The translations under genes were made by a program, and so were the position numbers. This document shows, one piece after another, positions 35,988 through 44,836 of a DNA stretch of 64,000 bases (position 1 is its first letter; every line of letters begins with the position of its first letter). Below the pieces are notes generated by a model. That model was not told the origin of the DNA. It searched no databases and saw only the letters and a program-made list of their open reading frames with translations. Where the stretch lies: contig VGLU01000001.1 of the NCBI GenBank assembly GCA_016882195.1, positions 102,001-166,000 of the forward strand, written 5' to 3'. The DNA is from Thermoproteota archaeon (GTDB lineage Archaea > Thermoproteota > Methanomethylicia > Methanomethylicales > Methanomethylicaceae).

Positions 35988-36551
35988 TTAGAAGGCTATA
36001 GTCGGGGGCTTCTCCACGGCTTCCTCGAACTGGAGGTACCCCATCTTGGTCATACCGATTATGCGACCCACGAAGTTGGACGGAACAACGTCCATCTTGA
36101 TGTTGAACTCCTGCGCTATGTTGTTGTAGGTGTACCTCTGCCTTGCTATCTCATCCTCAATGCCCTTCACGGAGTCCATGAGGCTTGTCACCGTGGTTGC
36201 GGTCTTCAGGTCAGGGTAGTTCTCCACCACCGCGACGATGCCGCCGAAGAGCCTCCTAGACTCTGCGTCAATGCTCCTCAGGGCCTCTGCCCCGGCCGTC
36301 CCGACCTGGGCTCTCATGGCAGTAACCTTTTCCAGCGTCTCCCTCTCGAACTTGGCATAGCTTTTCACGGCACCAAGGAGCTGCTCGATCATGTCGAGCC
36401 TCTTCTTCATGGCGACCCTAATCTGCCCCAAGGTTGCGCCGGCGGAGTTCTTGAGCGTGTAGAACCTGTTGTATACGAATATGAACCAGACTATCAACCC
36501 CAGTACGATTACTACGGCCGCACCAATTATCAAGTAGGATATCACGTCCAT
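35988..36551 (-). CDS. lemA: LemA family protein
   Basis: N-terminal TM plus ..YNRFYTLKN.., ..VENYPDLKA-like.., ..[14 protein letters not shown]... Confidence 0.9.
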   Translation of the reverse strand: MDVISYLIIGAAVVIVLGLIVWFIFVYNRFYTLKNSAGATLGQIRVAMKKRLDMIEQLLGAVKSYAKFERETLEKVTAMRAQVGTAGAEALRSIDAESRRLFGGIVAVVENYPDLKTATTVTSLMDSVKGIEDEIARQRYTYNNIAQEFNIKMDVVPSNFVGRIIGMTKMGYLQFEEAVEKPPTIAF

Positions 36552-36705
36552 CGTGATTCACGAGCCTTTCATTTAAAAAGCATTGGGATTTAAGGATTGT
36601 CCTCTCTCTTAAAAAATCAGGTCCGGCAGTCGGCGCCCAGCTGGACTGGACCGGAGAGGATGCTGACGGATTTATATTAGGTTCCGCGTAATCTAAAACA
36701 GGCTG

Positions 36706-37635
36706 GTGAGTTTGATGGCAGAGACCTACGACGTGATAATTGTCGGCGGTGGCCCAGCGGGCATAACGGCCGCCATATACACTAGAAGAAAACTCCTGAA
36801 AACTCTGCTGATAAGCAAGGATATCGGAGGTCAGATTCTCCTGACGGGATACCTCGAGAACTACCCCGGATTTGTGGAGAGGAGCGGCATCGCCTTGGCG
36901 GATGTCTTTGAACGGCAGATCAAGGAGCTTGGGACTGAGATCCTCGTGGGGGAGGTTAAGAGGGTCAAGAGGGTTGGTGATAGGTTCAAGGTTATCAGCA
37001 GCGAGGGGGAGTTCTTGGCGAGGGTGCTCATAGTGACCGGCGGTAGCTCGTATAAGAAGCTCAACGTGCCCGGAGAGGAGGAGTTCTTCGGGAGGGGCGT
37101 GAGCACCTGCGCCACATGCGACGCGCCACTGGCGAGAAACAGGGTGGTGGCGGTTGTGGGAGGTGGTAACGCTGCCCTGCAGGGGGTCGAGTTGCTCGCC
37201 AAGTATGCGAGTAAGGTTTACGCGATCCATAGGAGAGAACGGTTTAGGGCGGACGAGATACTCGTCGAGAGGGTGAGGGGGATGCCGAACGTGGAGCCAG
37301 TGCTCAACTCCGAGGTCAAGGAGGTAAGGGGGGAGAAAAAGGTGGAGGGAGTCCTTATAAAGGACGTGAAAACGGGCGAGGTAAAGGAGCTCATGGCGGA
37401 GAGGGTCTTCATAGAGGTCGGGAGGGAGATCAAGCTGGATTACATAAAGCACCTCGTGAGGATCAACAAGATCGGGCAGGTGATCGTGGACAGGGAGCAG
37501 AGGACGAGCTGCAGGGGTATATTCGCCGCAGGGGACATAACGGACCTGAAGTATGGGCAGGCCATAATAGCCGCGGGCGACGGGGCGGTGGCAGCTCTGT
37601 CGGCTTATGACTACTTGATGGAGAAGGGGCGGTAA
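36706..37635 (+). CDS. trxB: thioredoxin-disulfide reductase
   Basis: ..YDVIIVGGGPAG.., redox ..VSTCATCDA.., ..VVGGGNAA.., ..IFAAGD... Confidence 0.9.
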   Translation: MSLMAETYDVIIVGGGPAGITAAIYTRRKLLKTLLISKDIGGQILLTGYLENYPGFVERSGIALADVFERQIKELGTEILVGEVKRVKRVGDRFKVISSEGEFLARVLIVTGGSSYKKLNVPGEEEFFGRGVSTCATCDAPLARNRVVAVVGGGNAALQGVELLAKYASKVYAIHRRERFRADEILVERVRGMPNVEPVLNSEVKEVRGEKKVEGVLIKDVKTGEVKELMAERVFIEVGREIKLDYIKHLVRINKIGQVIVDREQRTSCRGIFAAGDITDLKYGQAIIAAGDGAVAALSAYDYLMEKGR

Positions 37636-37637
37636 GG

Positions 37638-38177
37638 TCACCTCAAGGATCCTTTGGCAAGCCTCACCGCGGTATAAGCGGCCTCCCTTGGATCCTCTAT
37701 AAAATTGATCTTGATCAGGCGCCTGTGGTCCAGGTAGCCATCCGGGAAGAGCTTCGGCAGCCTGTCAGCCATCATTCCACTACCCTTCAGGACCACGACG
37801 GGCCTCCTCAGGTTGTAGGCTATGGCCGTCTCCGTCAGCGTGCCGACGCCGCCTGCCACGACTATGACTGCGTCGCTGCTCCTGACCACCGTGGAACTCC
37901 TGGCGGTGAAGGTCTGACCCGTCTTGATCTTCACGGTGTTGTAGGGGTTGTACCACTTGTGATCCGGTTCTATATCCTCCAGCTCGCGCGCAAGTATGCC
38001 CACGGTTACGCCCCCTGCCTTGGCCACTGCCTCTGCTACGACGGTCATCAACCCTCCGTTGCCGCCCGTGATAACTATGGCACCGCTCTCTGCCAAGGCC
38101 CTGCCGAGAGCCCTTGCCTTCTCCTCCACCTCGAGGGGTACGGGATCATAGGTTGTGAGTATGCCAATTTGAACCAT
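37638..38177 (-). CDS. TIGR00725/LOG-like Rossmann-fold nucleotide-binding protein
   Basis: ..ITGGNGGLM.. and ..VVAGGVGTLTE... Confidence 0.7.
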   Translation of the reverse strand: MVQIGILTTYDPVPLEVEEKARALGRALAESGAIVITGGNGGLMTVVAEAVAKAGGVTVGILARELEDIEPDHKWYNPYNTVKIKTGQTFTARSSTVVRSSDAVIVVAGGVGTLTETAIAYNLRRPVVVLKGSGMMADRLPKLFPDGYLDHRRLIKINFIEDPREAAYTAVRLAKGSLR

Positions 38178-38240
38178 GATGTTTTCTTCTGTTTTTGGGG
38201 TTATATTAGTTTACAGGAAGCATCGCGAAGAATTCGTGTC

Positions 38241-38960
38241 TTATACGACGACAGGCACAGAGCCCCTGAACGATAACGCGGCAGTCTCTTCCTCAAAGGA
38301 GACCTTCACGGCCAGCGTTTGGAGACCCTTTCCTATGGCAGATTTGAGCGTCCTAGAGAAGTCAGGGTCGGTACTCCAGTTGGGCGATACTGAGTCTGCG
38401 TCCGGGCGGAGGATGATGAAAACGAGCAGGGATCTGCCACCGAGGGTTGTCCACCTCATGAGGTCCTCAATCTGCCTCCTGCCCCTCAAGGTCGGGGCGT
38501 CTGGAAATAGTGCCTTCCCGTTCTCGCAGAGGGAGCAGCCCTTGACCTCGGTGAGGAACCTCTCGCCGCCCCTTTCCAAGAGGAAGTCCATCCGCGAACC
38601 CTCGAAGGCGTACTCCTCCTTGAGGATCTTGAAGTTGAGAACGGATCTCCCGATGAGCTCTTTGAAGACCCTGTTGGGTATCCTTGAGTCCAGAACGACA
38701 CAAATACCGCCGCGTCTAACCGCGACGATATCCCACACAGTCTTTCTCCCCTCGGATCCTACGCCTCTGTAGAGCAGCTCAACGCCGGGGATCAGGAGCT
38801 CCTTAAGCCTTCCGGGGTCATGGAGGTGGCACATCACCTCACCGCCCTGCGACTCGAGGACCACTGTAAAACGGTTCGGTCTCCTGAGAAACTCTCCTCT
38901 GTGCAGAGGGCCACCTATATCAAAGAGCTTGGTCGAGGAGGGCAATGGAGGGTTAACCAT
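38241..38960 (-). CDS. sfsA: SfsA (sugar fermentation stimulation protein A) family nuclease-like protein
   Basis: ..GEFLRRPNRFTV..CHLHDPGRLKELL.. and ..FLTEVKGCSL... Confidence 0.85.
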   Translation of the reverse strand: MVNPPLPSSTKLFDIGGPLHRGEFLRRPNRFTVVLESQGGEVMCHLHDPGRLKELLIPGVELLYRGVGSEGRKTVWDIVAVRRGGICVVLDSRIPNRVFKELIGRSVLNFKILKEEYAFEGSRMDFLLERGGERFLTEVKGCSLCENGKALFPDAPTLRGRRQIEDLMRWTTLGGRSLLVFIILRPDADSVSPNWSTDPDFSRTLKSAIGKGLQTLAVKVSFEEETAALSFRGSVPVVV

Positions 38961-39077
38961 CCAACCATATTACCGTCTCAGTAAAATTAGAGACTTTCCA
39001 TTACCGATGATGATCTTTCTCAAAAGCAGGAAGTCCCCAGACTCGGGCTGGGAGGACGTAAAGCCTGCTCAGAGGTT

Positions 39078-39320
39078 TCACTCGATAACTATCATGGTCA
39101 CGGTCGATCTTACGTTATCCAGTCGCCTGATTTCCTTCGTCACAATTTGCCGTAGCTTCTTGAGATTCTCTGACTCAAGTATCGCTACGATATCGTACAA
39201 GCCATAGACCATGTGCACTGCCTTTACTTCAGAAATCTTCTTTATACTATCTAGCACCTCTTTCTCTGTTCCTGTTTCAACATTCGCCAGAACGAATGCC
39301 AGAGGCAACGGTATCATCAA
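39078..39320 (-). CDS. stand-alone Lrp/AsnC RAM (ligand-binding) domain protein
   Basis: 80 aa, ..AFVLANVETGTEKEV..VKAVHMVYGLYDIVAILE... Confidence 0.7.
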   Translation of the reverse strand: MMIPLPLAFVLANVETGTEKEVLDSIKKISEVKAVHMVYGLYDIVAILESENLKKLRQIVTKEIRRLDNVRSTVTMIVIE

Positions 39321-39348
39321 AGAGAATATTGCTGGTTCGGCTTATATC

Positions 39349-39654
39349 CTATTTCTTCAGATTGTTCGCAGAACATTTCCAAGAGGCGGAGGAGCCTATT
39401 TTTTTAACGAGCCTGTTCGCGACGAGCGCCACGATGACGAATACCACGACCCAGAAGACGAGGTCGATTGCGAGGTTGGAGTAATCTATGAGCGTAGGCG
39501 AGCCTGGATAGACTACCACGGAACGCCACGGGAGCGGGACGCCGTAGTTGACCGCACCGACGAGGGGACCGAGCCCGGGCGTCTCGATAAACCATGTGGC
39601 TAGCGTTACCACTATCCCTATTAAAACTCCAACCAAGATGAAGCTCTTTCTCAT
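39349..39654 (-). CDS. hypothetical small membrane protein
   Basis: 101 aa with two hydrophobic helices flanking ..NYGVPLPWRS... No family recognised. Confidence 0.45.
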   Translation of the reverse strand: MRKSFILVGVLIGIVVTLATWFIETPGLGPLVGAVNYGVPLPWRSVVVYPGSPTLIDYSNLAIDLVFWVVVFVIVALVANRLVKKIGSSASWKCSANNLKK

Positions 39655-39743
39655 GGTTGCAAGTGGATAACATAGACATTAAAAGTGTTGCTGTGGCGGG
39701 GCTGATTGCGAGCCGCCAAGCAGCGGCAACACCAGAGTTTCCA

Positions 39744-39767
39744 ATGACGATGACGATGACGATGACA
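39744..39767 (+). repeat. hexanucleotide microsatellite (ATGACG)x3 + ATGACA
   Basis: Read directly. Lies in the divergent intergenic region upstream of the helicase gene. Confidence 0.8.
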
Positions 39768-39807
39768 AAGATATTAGGAAGTTTGCTTTACCCTTTTTCG
39801 GATACTT

Positions 39808-42705
39808 ATGGACGATCTGTTGTCGACCTTCTCCAAGCCCATTCAGAGGATAATAGGGGAGAGGGGGTTCGGGGAGTTCACTGAGCCCCAGAAGAGGGCG
39901 ATACCGTTCGTAGTGGAGGGCAAGAACGTCCTGGTCATCGCGCCCACTGGTACGGGAAAGACCGAGGCGGCCTTCCTCCCCATACTGGACCGGCTGATAA
40001 GGGAGGGTGGGAGGGGAGGGATACGCCTCCTATACATATCACCGCTGAGGGCGCTGAACAGGGACCTGCTGGACAGGCTCCAGTGGTGGTGCAACAGGCT
40101 GGACCTGAAGGTCTCCGTGAGGCACGGCGACACAGAGACGAAGGAGAGGGGGAGGCAGGCCATGGCACCCCCCGATGTGATGATTACTACGCCAGAGACC
40201 CTGCAGGCGATACTCCCGGGGAGGATCCTCCGGAAGCACCTCTTGAGGGTCAAGTGGGTCGTCGTGGACGAGGTACACGAGCTTACCAACGACAAGAGGG
40301 GGAGTCAGCTCACCATAGCGCTTGAGAGGCTGAGGAGGATAACCGCAGTGGAGCCGCAGATCATAGGGCTCTCCGCCACCATAGGTTCTCCCGAGAAGGT
40401 CGCCCAGTTCCTCGTCGGCAAGGACAGGGAGTGCGAGATCGTGAGGGTCTCTGTTGCAAAGAGCACAAAGCTTGATGTCATGCTCCCTGAGGCGGACGAG
40501 AGGGACTCTGAGCTCGCCGAGAGGTTAGCCACCTTCCCCGAGGTGGCGGCGAGGCTAAGGAAGATCAAGGAGCTCATAGACCAGCAGAGGTCCACCCTGA
40601 TCTTCACAAACACTAGGTCTGAGGCCGAGGTCTTAGCCAGCAAGTTCAGGGTCTGGGACATCAACATGCCGGTGAGCATACACCACGGCAGCCTGGCAAA
40701 GTCCTCAAGGGTGGAGACCGAGTCGAGCCTCAAGAAGGGCGAGCTCAAGGGCGTCGTCTGCACCTCCTCTCTGGAGCTGGGCATAGACATCGGAAGCGTA
40801 GACCTCGTGGTCCAGTACAACTCGCCGAGGCAGGTGACCCGCCTACTCCAGAGGGTGGGCAGGGCAGGGCACTGGGTCGGAGGGACCTCAAAGGGTGTCG
40901 TGATCACCATGAACTCGGACGACGCGCTGGAGTCCACGGTCATCGCGAGGAGGGGCCTAAGGGAGGAGCTTGAGGATGTGGAGATCGTGACGAGGCCGCT
41001 GGATGTCCTGGCACACCAGGTGGCGGGTCTCCTTCTTGAGGACAGGAGCTTGAAGCTGGACGAGATCCTCGACGTGGTAAGGGGCGCATGCCCCTTCTCG
41101 GACCTGAAGGAGGAGGATCTGCTGGAGGTTCTGGATTATATGAGCGGTAGGAGGCCGAGGTTCGCGATGTACATTCCTGAGGAGAGGCTCGTCCTAAAGC
41201 CTAGGCCCTCCGACGCCCTCTACAAGTACTACTTCGAGAACCTCTCCATGATACCCGAGGAGAGGCACTACGTGGTCATAGACGAGGAGAAGGACGAGGC
41301 GGTGGGCATGCTGGACGAGGCCTTCGTGGCGGAGTACGGGGAGCCTGGGGTGAAGTTCATTGAGAGAGGAAGGCCGTGGAAGATCATCCAGGTTTACAAC
41401 GAGGTCGTCTACGTAAGGGGGGAGGAGGACCCGACTGGCGCGATACCGGACTGGATCGGCGACGAGATACCCATTCCCTACGAGATCGCGCAGGAGGTGG
41501 GGGCGATAAGGGGACGCGTCGCGGAGATGCTGAGGGGCGGAACGTCCGTGGAGGAGACCGTTGAAAAATTGTTGAAGGAGTACCCGGTTTCGAAGGAATT
41601 CCTGGTCAGGGCCCTCAGGGAACTGAAGGAGCAGGCGGAGGGGAGGTGGGATGTCCCGACGGACAGGCTGGTCACGGTGGAGGGTTGGGAGGGGTACGTG
41701 ATAGTCAGCTGCGCCTTCGGGCTTATGATAAACAAGACCCTATCGAGGCTGCTCGGCTACCTCCTGACGCAGAGGACCGGGAGCGGCGTAGGGGCCTCGC
41801 AGGACGCCTACAGGATCTACCTGAAGACGGCGATCGAACCGCAGGTCGTGGCAGAGGTGCTGAGGGGGACGGCGACGAAGCCGGAGGAGGTGGAGAGGCT
41901 CACGCAGGTTGCTGTGGAGAGGACAGGACTCTTCAAGAGGAGGCTCCTCCACGTGGCCAAGAGGTTCGGGGTGGTGGAGAAGAACGCGGACATAAGCGAT
42001 GTTGGGATGACCCAGCTGGTTGACGGGCTCAGGGGCACGGTCATCTGGAGGGAGGCGATGAGGGAGGTCCTCTTCAAGGATCTCGACGTGGAGGGGACGA
42101 TCAGGGTGATAAAAGGGATGAGGGGAGGGGGGTTCGAGATAAAGGTCGTGGAGGGGGATCTTCCGCTCTCGCCGATATCGAGGGTAGGGGTCAGCATGCT
42201 CAGCTGGAAGACTGATTTGGTCCCGGCGGACAGGCTCAGGAGGCTCCTCATCGAGTCGGGGAAGGCGAGGCTCCTCAACGAAGCGAGGGTCACGGTCTGC
42301 ACGAACTGCTTCAGGTACGTGGAGAATCTGCGGATAAAGAGGTTCCTGGGCGAGGTGAGGTGCCCGGAGTGCGGCTCCAGCAAGATAGGGCTGCTCAGCG
42401 ATGACCCCCTGGAGGTCGCACAGATGGCTGCTGAGAAGGCGGAGACCGATAAGGTCTCGGAGAGGTTCCGCGGAATATACAAGTCGGCCATAGAGAGCGG
42501 GGAGCTCGTGAGCCTCTACGGTCTGCCGGCGGCGCTGGTGCTGGTGGCGAGGGGGCTGCCGAAGCCCGTGATGATGACCTTGGCGATCTCTGAGGTAAAG
42601 GACATGGACTACTTCATCGACCTGATTCTGAGGGAGGAGAGGGCGGCGCTGAAGAGCAGGCTCAGGCGCTCATACCCCCAGAGGGGAACTGCCCCCCAGA
42701 GCTAA
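39808..42705 (+). CDS. lhr: Lhr-type large superfamily-2 ATP-dependent helicase
   Basis: Motif I ..APTGTGKT.., motif II ..VVDEVHE.., ..SATIG.., ..HHGSL.., ..QRVGRAGH... Long C-terminal extension with Zn ribbon CTNC..CPEC. Confidence 0.85.
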   Translation: MDDLLSTFSKPIQRIIGERGFGEFTEPQKRAIPFVVEGKNVLVIAPTGTGKTEAAFLPILDRLIREGGRGGIRLLYISPLRALNRDLLDRLQWWCNRLDLKVSVRHGDTETKERGRQAMAPPDVMITTPETLQAILPGRILRKHLLRVKWVVVDEVHELTNDKRGSQLTIALERLRRITAVEPQIIGLSATIGSPEKVAQFLVGKDRECEIVRVSVAKSTKLDVMLPEADERDSELAERLATFPEVAARLRKIKELIDQQRSTLIFTNTRSEAEVLASKFRVWDINMPVSIHHGSLAKSSRVETESSLKKGELKGVVCTSSLELGIDIGSVDLVVQYNSPRQVTRLLQRVGRAGHWVGGTSKGVVITMNSDDALESTVIARRGLREELEDVEIVTRPLDVLAHQVAGLLLEDRSLKLDEILDVVRGACPFSDLKEEDLLEVLDYMSGRRPRFAMYIPEERLVLKPRPSDALYKYYFENLSMIPEERHYVVIDEEKDEAVGMLDEAFVAEYGEPGVKFIERGRPWKIIQVYNEVVYVRGEEDPTGAIPDWIGDEIPIPYEIAQEVGAIRGRVAEMLRGGTSVEETVEKLLKEYPVSKEFLVRALRELKEQAEGRWDVPTDRLVTVEGWEGYVIVSCAFGLMINKTLSRLLGYLLTQRTGSGVGASQDAYRIYLKTAIEPQVVAEVLRGTATKPEEVERLTQVAVERTGLFKRRLLHVAKRFGVVEKNADISDVGMTQLVDGLRGTVIWREAMREVLFKDLDVEGTIRVIKGMRGGGFEIKVVEGDLPLSPISRVGVSMLSWKTDLVPADRLRRLLIESGKARLLNEARVTVCTNCFRYVENLRIKRFLGEVRCPECGSSKIGLLSDDPLEVAQMAAEKAETDKVSERFRGIYKSAIESGELVSLYGLPAALVLVARGLPKPVMMTLAISEVKDMDYFIDLILREERAALKSRLRRSYPQRGTAPQS

Positions 42706-42744
42706 ACTTGAGAAAAGGTAAAATGTGATGTTTGTTAAATTTAA

Positions 42745-43404
42745 TTGGTGGGCATTTTGGTTGTTTCAGTAAGGTGGCTGGCGCACTCGAGCTTCCAGAT
42801 CACGACCGAGGGAAGGATCGTCTACGTCGACTTGGAGATGTATGGCGAGGCCTCTGAGAAGGCGGATCTGATACTGGTCACGCACTCCCACACGGACCAT
42901 TGTGATCCAGAGAAGATAGGTAAGCTCAGTGGGAGCGAAACGGTTGTAATCGCCCCGGCGGACTGCGCCTCGAAGATCGGTGGGAACGTCAAGACGCTCA
43001 AGCCAGGGGAGGAGGCGACCGTCGGCAAGGTGAGGGTCAAGGCTGTACAAGCGTACAACATTAAACGCTTCAGGTCCCCCGGGATTCCATTCCACCCCAA
43101 GGGATATGGCGTCGGCTACCTGATAACGATCGGGGGGAAGACCGTATACCATGCCGGGGACACGGACTTCATCCCTGAGATGAGAGAGCTCGGACCGGTG
43201 GACTTGGCGTTGCTCCCGAGCGGGGACATCTATACCATGAACAACGCCGAGGCTACCGAGGCAGCGTTGGCGATTAACCCTAAGATCGCGGTTCCCATGC
43301 ATCGCTTGAGCAGTAACCCGGAGGAGTTCAGGAAGAGGGTTGAAGGTAGCTCGAAGGTGAGGGTAAGCATATTGCAGGAAGGCGAAGAGGTCATACTCAA
43401 GTAG
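42745..43404 (+). CDS. metallo-beta-lactamase-fold hydrolase (UPF0173-like)
   Basis: ..LVTHSHTDHCD.. and ..YHAGDTDF... Confidence 0.8.
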   Translation: MVGILVVSVRWLAHSSFQITTEGRIVYVDLEMYGEASEKADLILVTHSHTDHCDPEKIGKLSGSETVVIAPADCASKIGGNVKTLKPGEEATVGKVRVKAVQAYNIKRFRSPGIPFHPKGYGVGYLITIGGKTVYHAGDTDFIPEMRELGPVDLALLPSGDIYTMNNAEATEAALAINPKIAVPMHRLSSNPEEFRKRVEGSSKVRVSILQEGEEVILK

Positions 43405-43490
43405 GTCGATTATCTGTTCGGTTAATCCATCGCCCTATTTAGGCTACCGGCTTAAGGCAGGTTAAGTCGTGGTGTGAGGTAGTGCTCCAG

Positions 43491-44066
43491 CTACCATGCG
43501 TCAGCGGACGATCCAGCAATGATCCCGAGCAACGTCTTCCTGTCTATCTCGGCCCTCGTCCTCCACCCTATGAAGAGGTTGCCCTCCTCGTCCTCGTCGA
43601 GATATCCTCTCCTTATGAAACGGTTAAGGTCTTGGTCCACCTTCCAGTCTGGGAACTTCTCCCGCAGGAGGTCCTCCACCTCCCTCCTCGTCGCCCTCCC
43701 CTGCTTCGATGTTATGAAGGCAAGGGTAGCGGCAAGGACGGCCAGGGTGTCGATCCTCCACCCGGACAAAGATGCCTCACCGGTCTGTATCGGCGACTTC
43801 GATAGTACGTAGAACCTCGCCTGCTCGAGATCGTCCTCGGTGGGACTCGGGTGGTCGAGGCCGTCCTCGTAGACCACCTTGACCTCAAGACCCAGGTCGT
43901 CCAGTCGCCTCTCAAGCAGCTTCACGATCTTCATGTAGTCCTTTCCAAGGATCTTCCTCAGCTCCCATCCCTTCGCGCCCGGCAGACGGTGGTGCTGGTA
44001 AAGTAGGAGCTGGGAGGCCTTCTTCAGCTTCCTCGAGATTGTTGGATCCTCACTCACTGGTAACAC
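43491..44066 (-). CDS. tandem winged-helix (KITE-like; ScpB or Nse3/MAGE-like) SMC-complex subunit
   Basis: 191 aa in two WH-like halves (..GWELRKILGKDYMKIVKLLERRLDDLGLEVKVV.. and ..ATLAFITSKQGRATRREVEDLL..RRGYLDEDEEGNLFIGWRTRAEIDRKTLL..). Overlaps the kleisin-like gene by 17 nt. Confidence 0.55.
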   Translation of the reverse strand: MLPVSEDPTISRKLKKASQLLLYQHHRLPGAKGWELRKILGKDYMKIVKLLERRLDDLGLEVKVVYEDGLDHPSPTEDDLEQARFYVLSKSPIQTGEASLSGWRIDTLAVLAATLAFITSKQGRATRREVEDLLREKFPDWKVDQDLNRFIRRGYLDEDEEGNLFIGWRTRAEIDRKTLLGIIAGSSADAW

Positions 44067-44757
44067 CTCTGAGCTCCTTCCACTTCTGGTACCAGATTGA
44101 TATTGGGACAGACTTACCGCCCCGCTTCAGGCCGGGACCGGGGAGGGCCTCCACTGAGGTGGTCTCCTCCACGGGGTTGATTATCAGGTTGGCGAGCCCG
44201 TTGGAGATGAGGAAGCTGAGGGTGTATGCCCGCATTACCGTCTCCTCGTAGTTGTCACGAGTTATGAACCTCCAGTAGTCAACCGGACCTCCCTTGGTCT
44301 CCTCCGTTAGTTCGTCATGAAGCCTCTTGATCTCTTCGTCGAAGACCTTGTCAGAGAGGAACTTCAGGCGTATAAGGTCCGAGATCGTGAGGGTCTTCTC
44401 CTCCATCTGTTCGGCCGCCTCCAGCTCCTTCATCCTCTGCGAGAGCGGGAGGAGGACGTTCCAGTAGTCCAGCGCCTCGGATAGTCGCCGGGGCGTGAGC
44501 TGCTCGGAGGCTATGAGCGGGTGCCACGAGGAGAGAAGGGCGGAGGCAAGGGACTCCTTGCCTAGCATCTTAACCTTAACCTCCACCAGGAATGGGTCTA
44601 TGAAGAGCCCGGAGGCGCGCCGCTTCACCCAGTCGCTCTGCAGCTTCACCATGAGCGAGAGCTCCTTTATCGCCTCCGCGTCCATGAGCAGTTCGTCGAG
44701 GAGCTTCCACTGTGGGAGTAACCTCTTCAGGATCATGAGCTTCTGCGGGATGTCCAC
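44050..44757 (-). CDS. kleisin-like protein (ScpA/Nse4-like)
   Basis: 235 aa with a GTG start. C-terminal ..YEETVMRAYTLSFLISNGLANLII.. resembles a kleisin winged helix. Central acidic linker. Sits between the SMC-like and WH genes. Confidence 0.55.
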   Translation of the reverse strand: MDIPQKLMILKRLLPQWKLLDELLMDAEAIKELSLMVKLQSDWVKRRASGLFIDPFLVEVKVKMLGKESLASALLSSWHPLIASEQLTPRRLSEALDYWNVLLPLSQRMKELEAAEQMEEKTLTISDLIRLKFLSDKVFDEEIKRLHDELTEETKGGPVDYWRFITRDNYEETVMRAYTLSFLISNGLANLIINPVEETTSVEALPGPGLKRGGKSVPISIWYQKWKELRGVTSE

Positions 44758-44836
44758 GAGGAACGGGTCGTCGCTCTTTGTCCTTATGCTCTGGCAGAGG
44801 TTTATTATCCTGGCGAGCTCCTCGTAGTACTCCTCT

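Noticed and set aside
36615-36665. Imperfect hairpin CCGGCAGTC..GACTGGACCGG in the lemA/trxB divergent spacer
   Set aside because: The stem is short and bulged, and there is no supporting context. It could easily be chance in GC-rich DNA.
36418-37641. 407-aa minus-strand ORF covering the whole trxB region
   Set aside because: It is antisense to a gene with clear TrxB motifs. Its translation is P/L/H/R-rich and lacks domain-like features. This is a typical shadow ORF in GC-rich coding DNA.
39000-39075. Possible C/D-box sRNA (GATGATGA at about 39006)
   Set aside because: No properly spaced D/D' (CTGA) boxes or terminal stem were found.
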